Shown: piece after piece, positions 33,771 to 43,911 of the stretch
Numbering within the stretch: position 1 is the first letter of the stretch
Layout: every line of letters begins with the position of its first letter
DNA from: a virus
Direction: 5' to 3' (one strand)
Length of the DNA stretch: 64,000 nt
IMG/VR virus record: IMGVR_UViG_3300021365_000003
Made by a program: the position numbers and the translations under genes
The notes under the pieces: model-generated
The model's input: the letters and a program-made list of their open reading frames with translations, nothing else
The model's database searches: none
Told to the model about the DNA's origin: nothing

Positions 33771-34423
33771 TGAAAGCTTATGTTTTTTACACCAACTCTG
33801 TGATATCATGTTTAGAACTGCTAGAACAAAGCTGCGCAGAACTTGAGGACCTAGAGATAGTCCGGTTACTAGGGGGTGACGACTCAACCAAGAGCCTCGC
33901 CGGCCAAACTGGAACGATTGAATATATGAAGTTAATGCTGTCACGATGGCTGCGTTTACCCGAGTTGATCGAGGAGAACGTGGGATCTAAGATCCTGTTT
34001 ATCGACTCCGACATTGTGTTTAACAGGTATAAGAAAGACACTATCCGAAACATCGAGTTGTTTCTAGATGACTACGATTTAGTCACACAGTATGATGACA
34101 ACAGCGGCATGTCGGCCGGTGTAAATATGGGTTTTCTTGGGATCAACTGTACCTCAAAGGCTTTGGTTAAGTTTTCAGAATTCATGGATCTGATATCTAC
34201 ACTGATCACTGAAAACCCTCCAGCTGGATACCCTCAGATTCAGTTCAATGATTATCTCATCGCCGGCGGCGGTACCCCGCCGTTAGATTATAAAGTGCTG
34301 TCATGTGACTACGGGCAGCGCACGTCTAACTGCCGCTTTTATCACGCAATAGGTGTAGGTGGCTGCGGTGAGAAGGTGAATGCTATGAAATCAGCCTTAT
34401 ACAGCTTTGATCAAAATAAATAA
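33767..34423 (+). CDS. nucleotide-diphospho-sugar transferase (GT-A)
   Basis: LFIDSDI, NMGF. Confidence 0.7.
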   Translation: MMKAYVFYTNSVISCLELLEQSCAELEDLEIVRLLGGDDSTKSLAGQTGTIEYMKLMLSRWLRLPELIEENVGSKILFIDSDIVFNRYKKDTIRNIELFLDDYDLVTQYDDNSGMSAGVNMGFLGINCTSKALVKFSEFMDLISTLITENPPAGYPQIQFNDYLIAGGGTPPLDYKVLSCDYGQRTSNCRFYHAIGVGGCGEKVNAMKSALYSFDQNK

Positions 34424-35176
34424 ATGAAAATAGCGCTTGTAATTAATACAATAAGTAAAAATAATGATGTATGGAAAGCCTTCTTTGACAGGCTTGATCG
34501 TCATATACCAGAAGGTTTTTTTCATAAAAAGTACGTCTTTGTCGACGATGATTTAGGTGCCATGCCTGCAGGGTATGACATAGTAAAGTACGATTCGACC
34601 AAAAAATACCAGGAACAATTTAGCTCGTGTATTGAGTCTGTTAAAGAGGAGTATTGTATATATATATCCGAAGATTACATACTTTACGAAAATGTGCGCA
34701 TCGATCTCATTAGCGACTTTGTTTCGTTGTTGAGTAAAGAAAGTAACTTATCATTCATAAGGCTTATGAAAGGAGGTCTAGTTGATGTTGATTACCCAAA
34801 GTATAAAAGATGCGATAATATACACCATCTTTACAATGAAGTTCCATACTTCTACACCAACCAAGCAGCGCTTTGGCGAACGGAAAAGTTGAAACTAATC
34901 CATAAAAAAGGACCCGATGCACACATTGCAAATGTTGATTGGGAGAATTCTTTTGAATTCAAAGCGACCAAGACATGTCAGGAGTTGGGGATTAGGGGAT
35001 CTTATTGTTATTATGGTGAACAAAAGAGAGGCCTTTATCATTATGATTCAATAGTTTTTCCACATATATCGACTGCTTTGGTGAAGGGGAAGTGGAACCT
35101 AGCCGAATATCCGGATAAAATGGCCACTATGATTAAAGAATATAACATCGATATCAACAAAAGAGGGTTTGTATAA
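34424..35176 (+). CDS. putative GT-A glycosyltransferase
   Basis: YISEDY, QAALWR, KGKW; gene context. Confidence 0.6.
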   Translation: MKIALVINTISKNNDVWKAFFDRLDRHIPEGFFHKKYVFVDDDLGAMPAGYDIVKYDSTKKYQEQFSSCIESVKEEYCIYISEDYILYENVRIDLISDFVSLLSKESNLSFIRLMKGGLVDVDYPKYKRCDNIHHLYNEVPYFYTNQAALWRTEKLKLIHKKGPDAHIANVDWENSFEFKATKTCQELGIRGSYCYYGEQKRGLYHYDSIVFPHISTALVKGKWNLAEYPDKMATMIKEYNIDINKRGFV

Positions 35177-36138
35177 TGCAAATAGTCGAAGACCTAACAG
35201 CAGAAGTTCCTGATACGAATGCATTTCATTGGGGTTTTAAAGATTTTTCTGAACCCTCCAATGAAAACGTATTGTTTTATGGTTATAACTCTGCAACAAA
35301 TACCATCTTACATAATAGATATGCTGACTTTAAGAGACGAATTTTTTTCAACAACTGGGCACCGTGCGAATTTGCGCAACCCTCGGTCATCGATGGCGTA
35401 CATACTTTTGACAGAGAGTCCTTTTTTAACGAGGTCTATTCTATTTGCCCATACACAAACCAGTGGTTGAACTCACTTGGATTAGATCGAGAGTACGCTA
35501 ACCTTTTCTATCCATACAGCCCTTCGCTAATACCAGAGAGGCAAGAAAAGCAATACGATGTGATATATCATGGTGGTATCCACGGGATCGAGCACGTGCA
35601 GTGCTTGCAAGTTATGAAAAATTTTGCTTATCGCTATTGCACAATGACAAGCCACATAAACAACCTAACTATCGCATGTATAAAAAATGGCTATGCTACA
35701 AACTTAAATTTAGCGTTCCAAGAAAAAGTTAATCTTATTGCGAAAACAAAAATATCTGTATGCTACAACATAGTACACGTTAACCAGGAGCACATTCCAA
35801 ACATAATGTCCTTTGATAAATGGAATGAAAATGAAGCTTTCAAAGAGGTTGGAGAAAATCGATGGAATATAATGCCACAATTTAAAACCAGGATGCACGA
35901 AGCCGCCTTTTCGAGAACTTTGAATCTTGTTATGAGAGATCCGTGGAATATTGCCGAGCTTTACTACAAGCCTGGTGAAGACTTTGTTTATTTCGAAGAT
36001 CAAGAAGACTTAAACAAAAAAATAAAAGACATAGTTAATAATTGGAATGACTATCAACACATTGTTGATAATGCATATGAAAAATCTAAATCTTATCAAG
36101 TTTCAAACTTTTTAAGCACAATAAGGAATAAACAATGA
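35176..36138 (+). CDS. putative GT-B glycosyltransferase (CgeB-like)
   Basis: KTRMHEAA...YKPGEDFVYF. Confidence 0.7.
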   Translation: MQIVEDLTAEVPDTNAFHWGFKDFSEPSNENVLFYGYNSATNTILHNRYADFKRRIFFNNWAPCEFAQPSVIDGVHTFDRESFFNEVYSICPYTNQWLNSLGLDREYANLFYPYSPSLIPERQEKQYDVIYHGGIHGIEHVQCLQVMKNFAYRYCTMTSHINNLTIACIKNGYATNLNLAFQEKVNLIAKTKISVCYNIVHVNQEHIPNIMSFDKWNENEAFKEVGENRWNIMPQFKTRMHEAAFSRTLNLVMRDPWNIAELYYKPGEDFVYFEDQEDLNKKIKDIVNNWNDYQHIVDNAYEKSKSYQVSNFLSTIRNKQ

Positions 36139-37343
36139 AATGTAGAGGCTGTGGCTCAAAAGAGCTAGAATTAATTTTGGATCTCGGGGAGCACCCTTGG
36201 TGTAATGATTTTCTAAAAGAAGAGGAAGTTGGGAGAGAAGAGACGTTCCCACTCAGGCTTAAGTGTTGCGAGGGATGTAATTTGCTGCAGCTAGACCATA
36301 CGGTACCGAAAGAAAAAATGTTTGCAGATCATTGCTACCTGTCTGGTGTGACATCGACACTGCGAAATCATTTTTATGAGGTTGCAAGTGAGAACGTCGA
36401 ACAATTTGATATGAAGTCGGACGATCTTGTGGTTGATATTGGTGGGAATGACGGCTCGCAACTATTACAATACAAGGAGTGCGGCATTGAAAATGTTTTA
36501 AACGTTGAGTCTTCTAGTAGGGTATCAGACTACTCTAAGATGAGTGGCGTCCGGACTATTAATGAATTTTTCAACAGGGAGTGTGTAGACCAACATCTCG
36601 GAAACAACTCTGTAAAGCTTTACAATGCATCCGGCGTGTTCTTTCACCTGGAGGAACTGCACAGCGTTATTGACGGTATCAAGGTATCACTTAGAGACGA
36701 TGGTGTATTGATCGTACAGTTTATGTATGCCGGCACAATGATTGAGAAGATGAATTTTGACACAATCTACCACGAACACCTCTGCTACTACACTCTTGCT
36801 AGCCTTAAGAGCCTCTTGCAACGATATGATTTAGAGATCTTCGATGCTTACTACTCTGAAATCCACAGTGGTTCGATTATTGCAAAGGTTACACATAGGG
36901 GCGGGAGCTATGATGTAAAGACCGATCGGTATCTTGAGCTGCATGAAAATGATAAAAAATACACAACAGACAGCTTTAAAGAGTTTGCGCAAAAGGTTGA
37001 GAGCAAGAAAGGTGATTTAAAAGATTTCCTACAAAAGCTCAAAGCTAGCGGCAAAACCATTTACGCTTATGGTGCACCGGCAAAAGGAAACACCCTACTT
37101 AATTACTTTGGCATTGATAACTCTCTAATCGACATGTCTGTCGAGATAAACGAGCTTAAAATTGGCCATTACTTACCGGGTTCCCACATCCCTATTATCG
37201 ATGAAAAGACTGTCGAACACCCAGATTACTATCTTCTTTTGTCTCACAATTTTGAAAAAGAGATAATAGAGAAAAACAAAGACTTGATCGATCGTGGTGT
37301 AAAATTTATTATTCCATTTCCCACATTGAGAGTTGTAGAGTGA
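36135..37343 (+). CDS. NDP-sugar C-methyltransferase
   Basis: CRGC Zn site, DIGGNDG, FDTIYHEH, HSGS, YGAPAKGNTLLN. Confidence 0.9.
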   Translation: MKCRGCGSKELELILDLGEHPWCNDFLKEEEVGREETFPLRLKCCEGCNLLQLDHTVPKEKMFADHCYLSGVTSTLRNHFYEVASENVEQFDMKSDDLVVDIGGNDGSQLLQYKECGIENVLNVESSSRVSDYSKMSGVRTINEFFNRECVDQHLGNNSVKLYNASGVFFHLEELHSVIDGIKVSLRDDGVLIVQFMYAGTMIEKMNFDTIYHEHLCYYTLASLKSLLQRYDLEIFDAYYSEIHSGSIIAKVTHRGGSYDVKTDRYLELHENDKKYTTDSFKEFAQKVESKKGDLKDFLQKLKASGKTIYAYGAPAKGNTLLNYFGIDNSLIDMSVEINELKIGHYLPGSHIPIIDEKTVEHPDYYLLLSHNFEKEIIEKNKDLIDRGVKFIIPFPTLRVVE

Positions 37344-38257
37344 AAGTTTTAATAACGGGCGCCACTGGTTTCCTCGGAAAACACTTAGTCAAAAAGGTCG
37401 AGCGCTTAGGATGGGATATCTCAATCTCTAACTCAAAGATAGCAAACCTTAAAAATATTGAGAACCTATACCGGTACAATGACATACGGTTTGATCTTAT
37501 CTTCCACTTAGCCGCAGTAACGAAAGCCGGTGATTATTGTTTAAAACATCCGGGAGATCAATGGCTAGCGAATCAAGCCATCAACACTAATATCCTTGAG
37601 TATTGGAAAACAAATCAGCCGCATGCAAAGATGATCTGTATGGGGACTAGTTGTTCGTACAGTCCGGACTTAGAGATGGTTGAGGAAAATTACCTCTTAG
37701 GAAAGCCAGAAAAGTCTCTCTACACCTATGCCATGACGAAGAGGATGCTCCTAGCAGGCCTGCATGCAATAGAGAAACAATATGGATTGAAGTGGCTGTA
37801 TTTTGTCCCCTCAACGCTGTATGGGCCTAATTTTGAACTAGATGATAATCATTTTATTTTTGATTTTATTCGTAATTGTTATAATGCTAAAAACTACAAT
37901 AACGAGTTTGTTGTCTGGGGTGATGGCGAGCAAAGAAGGGAATTGGTTTATGTTGATGACGCCGTCGATATCATGTTAAACCTACTTGATAAAGAAAATG
38001 AGATTTATAACATAGGCACAGGCCAAGATAATTCAATTAATGATTTTGCTAGCATGGTAGCTGAGAATTTTAACTTTGATCAAACTTTAATTGGCCATGA
38101 TTTAACAAAATACGTAGGAGTAAAAGAGAAAAAAATAAATATACAAAAAACACTAGCTGCTTTAAACAAAGATTTTTTATTTAAATTCTCTCTTGACACC
38201 GGTATAAAAAATAGTGTAAAATACTTTATAGAGGAAACAAAAAAACAAAATGAATAA
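37340..38257 (+). CDS. NAD-dependent epimerase/reductase (GDP-L-fucose synthase-like)
   Basis: GATGFLG, HLAA, TSCSY, YAMTK, LYGP, WGDG..RE. Confidence 0.85.
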   Translation: MKVLITGATGFLGKHLVKKVERLGWDISISNSKIANLKNIENLYRYNDIRFDLIFHLAAVTKAGDYCLKHPGDQWLANQAINTNILEYWKTNQPHAKMICMGTSCSYSPDLEMVEENYLLGKPEKSLYTYAMTKRMLLAGLHAIEKQYGLKWLYFVPSTLYGPNFELDDNHFIFDFIRNCYNAKNYNNEFVVWGDGEQRRELVYVDDAVDIMLNLLDKENEIYNIGTGQDNSINDFASMVAENFNFDQTLIGHDLTKYVGVKEKKINIQKTLAALNKDFLFKFSLDTGIKNSVKYFIEETKKQNE

Positions 38258-38672
38258 TAGATTATATTTACCAACTTTATCTGAACTAATAGATAGATTA
38301 TCAATTGCACAATTAAAAGAAGTTTTTATAACCGAGCACAAGAAAGAATATGCTGGTGAGATATCAGATATCGTGCATGATATTCAACTATTGTTAGAAG
38401 CAAGCGAGCCCATCACAGCCGAGACCATTCGTGCTATAGTTGTTTTGTCTCAAATGAATCTGCACATCTGGCACAATGAAGCAAACTATAGAAAAGGTAT
38501 CAAAGATGGAAACAATTTAGAGTTAACTCATGGTCTCAATGGGATAAGAAATGTGGCAAAGAACAAAATTCAAGAAGTCGCCGGCGGCCGAAAAGATTAC
38601 AAGATTGATTGTTTAGCAGCCGACTTCAAGGACTGGGATATATCATGGCCCCGGAGAATGAAAAATGAGTAG
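38250..38672 (+). CDS. hypothetical protein of the glycosylation island
   Basis: TLSELIDRLSI...N..IWH.E...N..R. Confidence 0.7.
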   Translation: MNNRLYLPTLSELIDRLSIAQLKEVFITEHKKEYAGEISDIVHDIQLLLEASEPITAETIRAIVVLSQMNLHIWHNEANYRKGIKDGNNLELTHGLNGIRNVAKNKIQEVAGGRKDYKIDCLAADFKDWDISWPRRMKNE

Positions 38673-39411
38673 GATTCTAGTTGTTGGTGATAGCTGCAGA
38701 GATGTACATGTATATGGGAGTTCTCATCGCCTTTGTCCAGATGCGCCTGTGCCTGTTTTTATACCATCTCATGAAAAACAAAACTTAGGCATGGCTGGGA
38801 ACGTTTATCAAAACGTAACTTCCCTAGGGGTTCCGGCAATAATAAAAACAAATAAAATTTTAATTGAAAAAAAAAGATTCGTGCACGAAGAGACAAACCA
38901 TATGTTTCTTCGGGTAGACTCCGGAGAAGCAAAAATTGAAAGAATCCAAAATTTAGATCGTGATTTCTTATCAGATTTTGAGTTGATTATAGTGTCAGAT
39001 TATAATAAAGGTTTTCTGCTTGAAGAAGATATTAGATTTATTTGTGATAATCATAATTTGGTTTTTATTGATACAAAAAAAATTATAGGAGATTATTGCA
39101 AGGGGTGCAAATACATCAAGATCAACAAGCACGAATACGAAGCTTCGAAGGGATTCATTGAAAAAACAAAATGGGCACAGGAAAAAGTAATCGTGACTCT
39201 TGGTTCTGGTGGTTGCCGGTTGGGCAAGACACACTTCCCAGTTGGGAAGGTAGAAATTAAAGACGTCTGTGGCGCTGGGGATACCTTCTTGGCCGCCTTG
39301 GGCGTTGATTTTATAAAAAATAAAGATATTGCTTGTGCCATACAGTTTGCAAACGAGTGTGCAACAAGGGTTGTTCAGACAAAAGGAGTTAATACAATAA
39401 ATGAATTTTAA
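38665..39411 (+). CDS. PfkB-family sugar kinase (HldE/RfaE kinase-like)
   Basis: VVGD..D, P.APVPV, G.AGNV, SDYNKG, DVCGAGDTF. Confidence 0.88.
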   Translation: MSRILVVGDSCRDVHVYGSSHRLCPDAPVPVFIPSHEKQNLGMAGNVYQNVTSLGVPAIIKTNKILIEKKRFVHEETNHMFLRVDSGEAKIERIQNLDRDFLSDFELIIVSDYNKGFLLEEDIRFICDNHNLVFIDTKKIIGDYCKGCKYIKINKHEYEASKGFIEKTKWAQEKVIVTLGSGGCRLGKTHFPVGKVEIKDVCGAGDTFLAALGVDFIKNKDIACAIQFANECATRVVQTKGVNTINEF

Positions 39412-39691
39412 GGAGTACTATAATAAATATTTATCTTTACATCAAAACTTATGGTGTCGAAGACTGCACGTGCTGGGCCAACTTGTAACAATGAGTTACA
39501 TAATTTACTGTATTATAACATTTAAGTTTTTATTACTATTCTTAGCACCACTGGTTGTGTATCCTTTTGCTTGGTCCGGACATTACTTTTTTGAGCAAAA
39601 CACTCCTGCGGCCTTTAGAAACCCCCTGTTTGCGAAAATGTCTGATGCAGTTATGTTTAAACAGTGGATCTTTGGAGAAATAGAAAGATGA
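39401..39691 (+). CDS. DUF962/Mpo1-like membrane protein
   Basis: YLSLHQ..CRRLH...AWSGHYFFEQNTPA.F. Confidence 0.8.
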   Translation: MNFKEYYNKYLSLHQNLWCRRLHVLGQLVTMSYIIYCIITFKFLLLFLAPLVVYPFAWSGHYFFEQNTPAAFRNPLFAKMSDAVMFKQWIFGEIER

Positions 39692-40650
39692 AAGCAATAA
39701 CAACAGATTTTACAAAAAAATTAAATATTCTTATAACCGGGGGTGCTGGATACATAGGAAGCGAGCTGGTTGGCTTCTTTCTCAAGGAAGGCCATACAGT
39801 TAAAGTTGTTGACACACTAGAATATGAGCCAACATCTTTATTGAGGTATGTTGGCGACCCCAATTTTTATTTTAAAAAACTGGACGTCCGCAAAAAAGAA
39901 CCCTTCCGACATCTACTAGCAGAGGCGAACGTCATCATTCCTCTTGCAGCCCTGGTCGGATTTCCTCTTTGTGACAAGAGGGAGCGTGACGCCGTTGAGA
40001 TTAACTTCGAGATTAATAAATGGATAGCAGAAGTTAAAAGACCAGAGCAGATCTTGATTTACCCGTGCACCAACTCTGGATATGGTGTTAGCAAGAGCGG
40101 ATCTGTATGTACTGAAGAGTCCCCTCTAAACCCGGTTTCTCTCTATGGAAAAACAAAAGTTGAAGCAGAGAAAGTCTATCAAGATACTGATGGCAGCTGT
40201 ACACTTAGGTTGGCAACTGTTTTTGGACCATCAAGCAGAGCTAGAACGGATTTGCTAGTTAATAATTTTGTTCTAAAGGCGCTCAAAGACAAGGTTTTAG
40301 TACTTTATGAGTGTGAATTTATGAGAAATTATGTGCATATTTGGGACATATGTCGTGTTTTTCAGTTTGTTATCAACAATTGGGACAAATGTAAAAATGA
40401 GACATTTAACATAGGAAATGACTCTATTAATATGAACAAATTACAATTAGCTAAAAAAATTCAACAGCATATACCGGTTGAAATCATAAAAGCTGAATTT
40501 ACTCAAGATCCGGACAAGAGAGACTATATTGTTAGCAGCCAAAAGCTTTATGATCTGGGTTTTGAATGCAAATATGATCTAGACGATGGTATCCGACAGT
40601 TGATTAAAATGTACAAACTTATAGATGAGCCATGGTATGGAAACTATTAA
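39688..40650 (+). CDS. NAD-dependent sugar epimerase/dehydratase
   Basis: GGAGYIG, LAALVG, YGKTK, LRLATVFG. Confidence 0.9.
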   Translation: MKAITTDFTKKLNILITGGAGYIGSELVGFFLKEGHTVKVVDTLEYEPTSLLRYVGDPNFYFKKLDVRKKEPFRHLLAEANVIIPLAALVGFPLCDKRERDAVEINFEINKWIAEVKRPEQILIYPCTNSGYGVSKSGSVCTEESPLNPVSLYGKTKVEAEKVYQDTDGSCTLRLATVFGPSSRARTDLLVNNFVLKALKDKVLVLYECEFMRNYVHIWDICRVFQFVINNWDKCKNETFNIGNDSINMNKLQLAKKIQQHIPVEIIKAEFTQDPDKRDYIVSSQKLYDLGFECKYDLDDGIRQLIKMYKLIDEPWYGNY

Positions 40651-41035
40651 GACGGTTTGGACAAATGGATGTTTTGATGTCCTGCATCGAGGTCATTTAG
40701 AACTTTTCAAGTTCGCTCAATCGTTCGGTGAGCGGCTCATTGTCGGAGTTGATACCGATGATAGGGTTAGAGGGTCCAAAGGCCCTGAGCGACCATATAA
40801 CAACCTGCAGGACAGGGTGGCGATGTTGAAAGCAATTAGGTTTATTGATGAAGTAAAAGTTTTTGGTACAGACGCCGAGCTTGAAGACCAAATAGTACTT
40901 TGCGATGCCAAGATAATTGTTATTGGTTCTGATTATAAAAATAAAAAAATTATAGGTAAAAATTTAGTTGACAAAATAATTTTTTATGATAGAATAAGTA
41001 AGTATTCAACAACTAAGATCTTAAACGGACTATGA
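40637..41035 (+). CDS. HldE/RfaE-like adenylyltransferase
   Basis: TNGCFDVLHRGH, KGPERP, GSDY, STT. Confidence 0.88.
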   Translation: METIKTVWTNGCFDVLHRGHLELFKFAQSFGERLIVGVDTDDRVRGSKGPERPYNNLQDRVAMLKAIRFIDEVKVFGTDAELEDQIVLCDAKIIVIGSDYKNKKIIGKNLVDKIIFYDRISKYSTTKILNGL

Positions 41036-41367
41036 AGACATATGTATTCGATATAGATGGTACCATTTGTACAAACGTTGATGGCGTGTATAAGAATTCA
41101 GAGCCACTACAAGAGAGAATAGATGAAATTAATAAACTATTTGAAGAAGGTAATACTATAATTTTTCAAACAGCACGAGGAATGGGACGAACTTGTAATA
41201 ATGCAATCGAGGCCCATAAACTGTTTTTCACCCTTACACAAGAGCAGTTAGAGAATTGGGGTGTTAAATACCATAGCTTATTTCTAGGTAAGCCATCCGG
41301 AGATGTGTATGTTGATGATAAAGGAATAAATGATGAAGAATTTTTTAGAAATGCACTTTGTCCCTAA
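41032..41367 (+). CDS. HAD phosphatase (capsule-biosynthesis type)
   Basis: FDIDGT, TARG, GKP, YVDDK. Confidence 0.85.
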   Translation: MKTYVFDIDGTICTNVDGVYKNSEPLQERIDEINKLFEEGNTIIFQTARGMGRTCNNAIEAHKLFFTLTQEQLENWGVKYHSLFLGKPSGDVYVDDKGINDEEFFRNALCP

Positions 41368-41692
41368 AGGTTGGGGTTATGAAAAGTGGATTGTTAACAA
41401 AGAAGAATATTGCGGAAAGCTTTTATTTTTTGTGAAAGGAAAAAAATGCTCTTGGCATTACCACGAACTGAAAGATGAAGTCTTCTATATACAGTCCGGA
41501 AAGGTCCTGGTTAGATATTCTGATCAGGATGACATTGAGAAGGCAGATGAAGTTGTGCTAGAGAGAGGAGATAATTTTCATGTGCATCGAGGTCTAAGAC
41601 ACCAGATGATAGCATTAGAAGATACTGAGTTGTTTGAGTTCTCAACTCAACATTTTGATGATGACAGTTACAGAATAATTAAAGGTGATTAA
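41330..41692 (+). CDS. cupin sugar isomerase-like protein
   Basis: KGWGYE, SWHYH..KDE, EFST. Confidence 0.8.
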   Translation: MMKNFLEMHFVPKGWGYEKWIVNKEEYCGKLLFFVKGKKCSWHYHELKDEVFYIQSGKVLVRYSDQDDIEKADEVVLERGDNFHVHRGLRHQMIALEDTELFEFSTQHFDDDSYRIIKGD

Positions 41693-42643
41693 ATGAAGAT
41701 AGTTATTGTAACCGGATGCCTGGGCCTAATAGGATCGCACGTCACTAGAAAGTGCCTGAGTGAAGGGTGGAAAGTGTTGGGCATTGATAAATGCTCATAT
41801 GCCGCAAACCAAAATTTAATTTATGAGTTTAAAAAGCACAAAAATTTCTCTTTTTTGAAAGAGGATATAGCTTCTTTGAAACACCTACCAGATTGTGATT
41901 ATGTTATCAATCTAGCTGCTGAATCACATGTAGGAAATAGTATTGTCGACAGTAATGATTTTCTTCATTCAAATATTAATGGAGTTAAAAATCTTTTAGA
42001 CTTAATTCGCAATAAACAAAAAAACGTTTTCAACCAGCCGATATTACTACATTTTAGTACCGATGAAGTGTATGGAGACATCGTTGAAGGAGAACATTTT
42101 GAGACAGATACATTGAACCCTAGTAACCCTTACTCGGCATCTAAAGCAGCTGCAGATATGTTGATAAATGCATGGGCGAGAACTTATAACATTAATTATG
42201 TTATTGTAAGACCAACAAACAACTATGGGATAAATCAATACCCGGAAAAATTGATACCAATTTCAGTTAAAGCTTTGCAATTAGGAAAAAGAATAAAACT
42301 TCACAATAAAGGGGAGCCGGTTAGAAATTGGCTTCACGCTGAAGATACTGCCGAAGCCGTGTTAGCAATTATTAATTCTGGCAAAGTAAATGAAATTTAT
42401 AACATTTCAGGTAATTTAGAACAAAAAAACAAAACAACAGTTCAAAAAATAATAAACGCTTACTTTGGCAAGGAATTGCCTATAGAATCTTATGTTGATC
42501 TAGAACACACCAGAGAAGGGCAAGATGTTAGATATTCCTTAAATGATAACAAACTAAGGCAGCTGGGGTGGAGTCCGCAAAAACAGTTCGATGAAGAAAT
42601 AAAAAATATAGTTAATTTTTTTAATATTAACTTTAGATGGTAA
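41693..42643 (+). CDS. rfbB: dTDP-glucose 4,6-dehydratase-like
   Basis: AAESHV, STDEVYG, PYSASKA, NNYG..QYPEKLIP. Confidence 0.9.
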   Translation: MKIVIVTGCLGLIGSHVTRKCLSEGWKVLGIDKCSYAANQNLIYEFKKHKNFSFLKEDIASLKHLPDCDYVINLAAESHVGNSIVDSNDFLHSNINGVKNLLDLIRNKQKNVFNQPILLHFSTDEVYGDIVEGEHFETDTLNPSNPYSASKAAADMLINAWARTYNINYVIVRPTNNYGINQYPEKLIPISVKALQLGKRIKLHNKGEPVRNWLHAEDTAEAVLAIINSGKVNEIYNISGNLEQKNKTTVQKIINAYFGKELPIESYVDLEHTREGQDVRYSLNDNKLRQLGWSPQKQFDEEIKNIVNFFNINFRW

Positions 42644-42658
42644 TAAAGGAGAAAACTA

Positions 42659-42862
42659 ATGAAACTATCAAATCAAGCAGCCGGAGCCCTGTTAATGGTT
42701 CTACAAAAATGTCTTTGGGAGCAAGCAGATATTATGCCGCTTCTTAACGATATGGTTTTTGAGATGTCCGATGATGGGCTTGTGGTAACCAATCCGCCTG
42801 TCGTATCCGGAGACCTTTCAGAGCTAGAAGAGGCAGTAGAAGGTGATCTTGAAAGAGAATAG
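42659..42862 (+). CDS. hypothetical protein
   Basis: AAGGAG RBS. Confidence 0.7.
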   Translation: MKLSNQAAGALLMVLQKCLWEQADIMPLLNDMVFEMSDDGLVVTNPPVVSGDLSELEEAVEGDLERE

Positions 42863-43259
42863 AACAGTCGTGGCCAGCGGTTATTTTGATCCGATTCACG
42901 TTGGTCACATTGAGTATTTAGAGATGGCCGCCAAGCTTGGAGATAAGTTGATTGTTATTGTTAATAATGATAATCAGGCAGTACTCAAGAAGGGCACCCC
43001 GTTTATGACCGAGGGAGATAGACTTAAGATCGTCTCCTCTCTCAAGTGTGTCGACGAGGTGTTCCTTTCTATCGATGAGGACCCTACGGTATGTAGGTCT
43101 TTACAAGCCGTTAGCCCCGACATCTTCGCAAAAGGCGGAGATCGCTTTGTAGATGAGATTCCAGAAGCTACAACTTGTAAAGAGATTGGAGCAGAAATAG
43201 TTGATGGACTTGGAATGAAGATCCGTTCATCTTCTGATTACTATAACAAAGAAGAATAA
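42843..43259 (+). CDS. cytidylyltransferase-family protein
   Basis: SGYFDPIHVGH, KGGDR, SSS. Confidence 0.88.
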   Translation: MILKENRTVVASGYFDPIHVGHIEYLEMAAKLGDKLIVIVNNDNQAVLKKGTPFMTEGDRLKIVSSLKCVDEVFLSIDEDPTVCRSLQAVSPDIFAKGGDRFVDEIPEATTCKEIGAEIVDGLGMKIRSSSDYYNKEE

Positions 43260-43525
43260 TGCCCATTTACGCTTACGAATGTAAAAAATGTGGTTCATCC
43301 TTCAAGGCAATGGTTGGGTCCGACGAAACCCCAACCACTTGCTCAGAAGTGTATGATTGCGCCGATAAAGGCGAAATAACAAAACAATTATCTACTGTTA
43401 GTATCCGAAGAACCGCCGAAGAAACTTCAAAAAAGACCGGCGAACTAACAAAAGATTACATTGAAGAAAACAGAAAAATTCTTCAAGACGAAAAAAATAA
43501 TTTAGCAAATAGGATGTTGGATTGA
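43259..43525 (+). CDS. FmdB-like zinc-ribbon protein
   Basis: MPIYAYECKKCG. Confidence 0.8.
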   Translation: MPIYAYECKKCGSSFKAMVGSDETPTTCSEVYDCADKGEITKQLSTVSIRRTAEETSKKTGELTKDYIEENRKILQDEKNNLANRMLD

Positions 43526-43911
43526 TGATTTATGGTATTATAACAGTTTCGGTATTACTTAATGTAATTCTAACTTGGTATGGCCGCCGCCTTGTAACCG
43601 ACCTTTCAGACCTTTCATTAGAAGTCGAGGAAGTGATTACAGACCTCAACATTTATCATCGCCACGTCGAACAAGTATACCAGCTTGAATCCTTTTATGG
43701 AGATGAAACCTTACGTGCCTTGTTAGAGCACTCAAAGGCCGTCTCAGAGAGAGTTGGAGACTTTACAACCCTGTTTAGCAGGTTAGAGGAAGAAGAGCTT
43801 ACAGATGCCCTAGAGGAGCAAATAGATGACAGTGAAGAAGAGAAGGAAGAGCAAGTATCCAAAGAAAAAAAACATGTATTTTACGCAGGTACACGAGGAC
43901 GCAATCCTTGA
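43522..43911 (+). CDS. membrane-anchored hypothetical protein
   Basis: N-terminal TM segment; coiled-coil/acidic body. Confidence 0.7.
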   Translation: MMIYGIITVSVLLNVILTWYGRRLVTDLSDLSLEVEEVITDLNIYHRHVEQVYQLESFYGDETLRALLEHSKAVSERVGDFTTLFSRLEEEELTDALEEQIDDSEEEKEEQVSKEKKHVFYAGTRGRNP

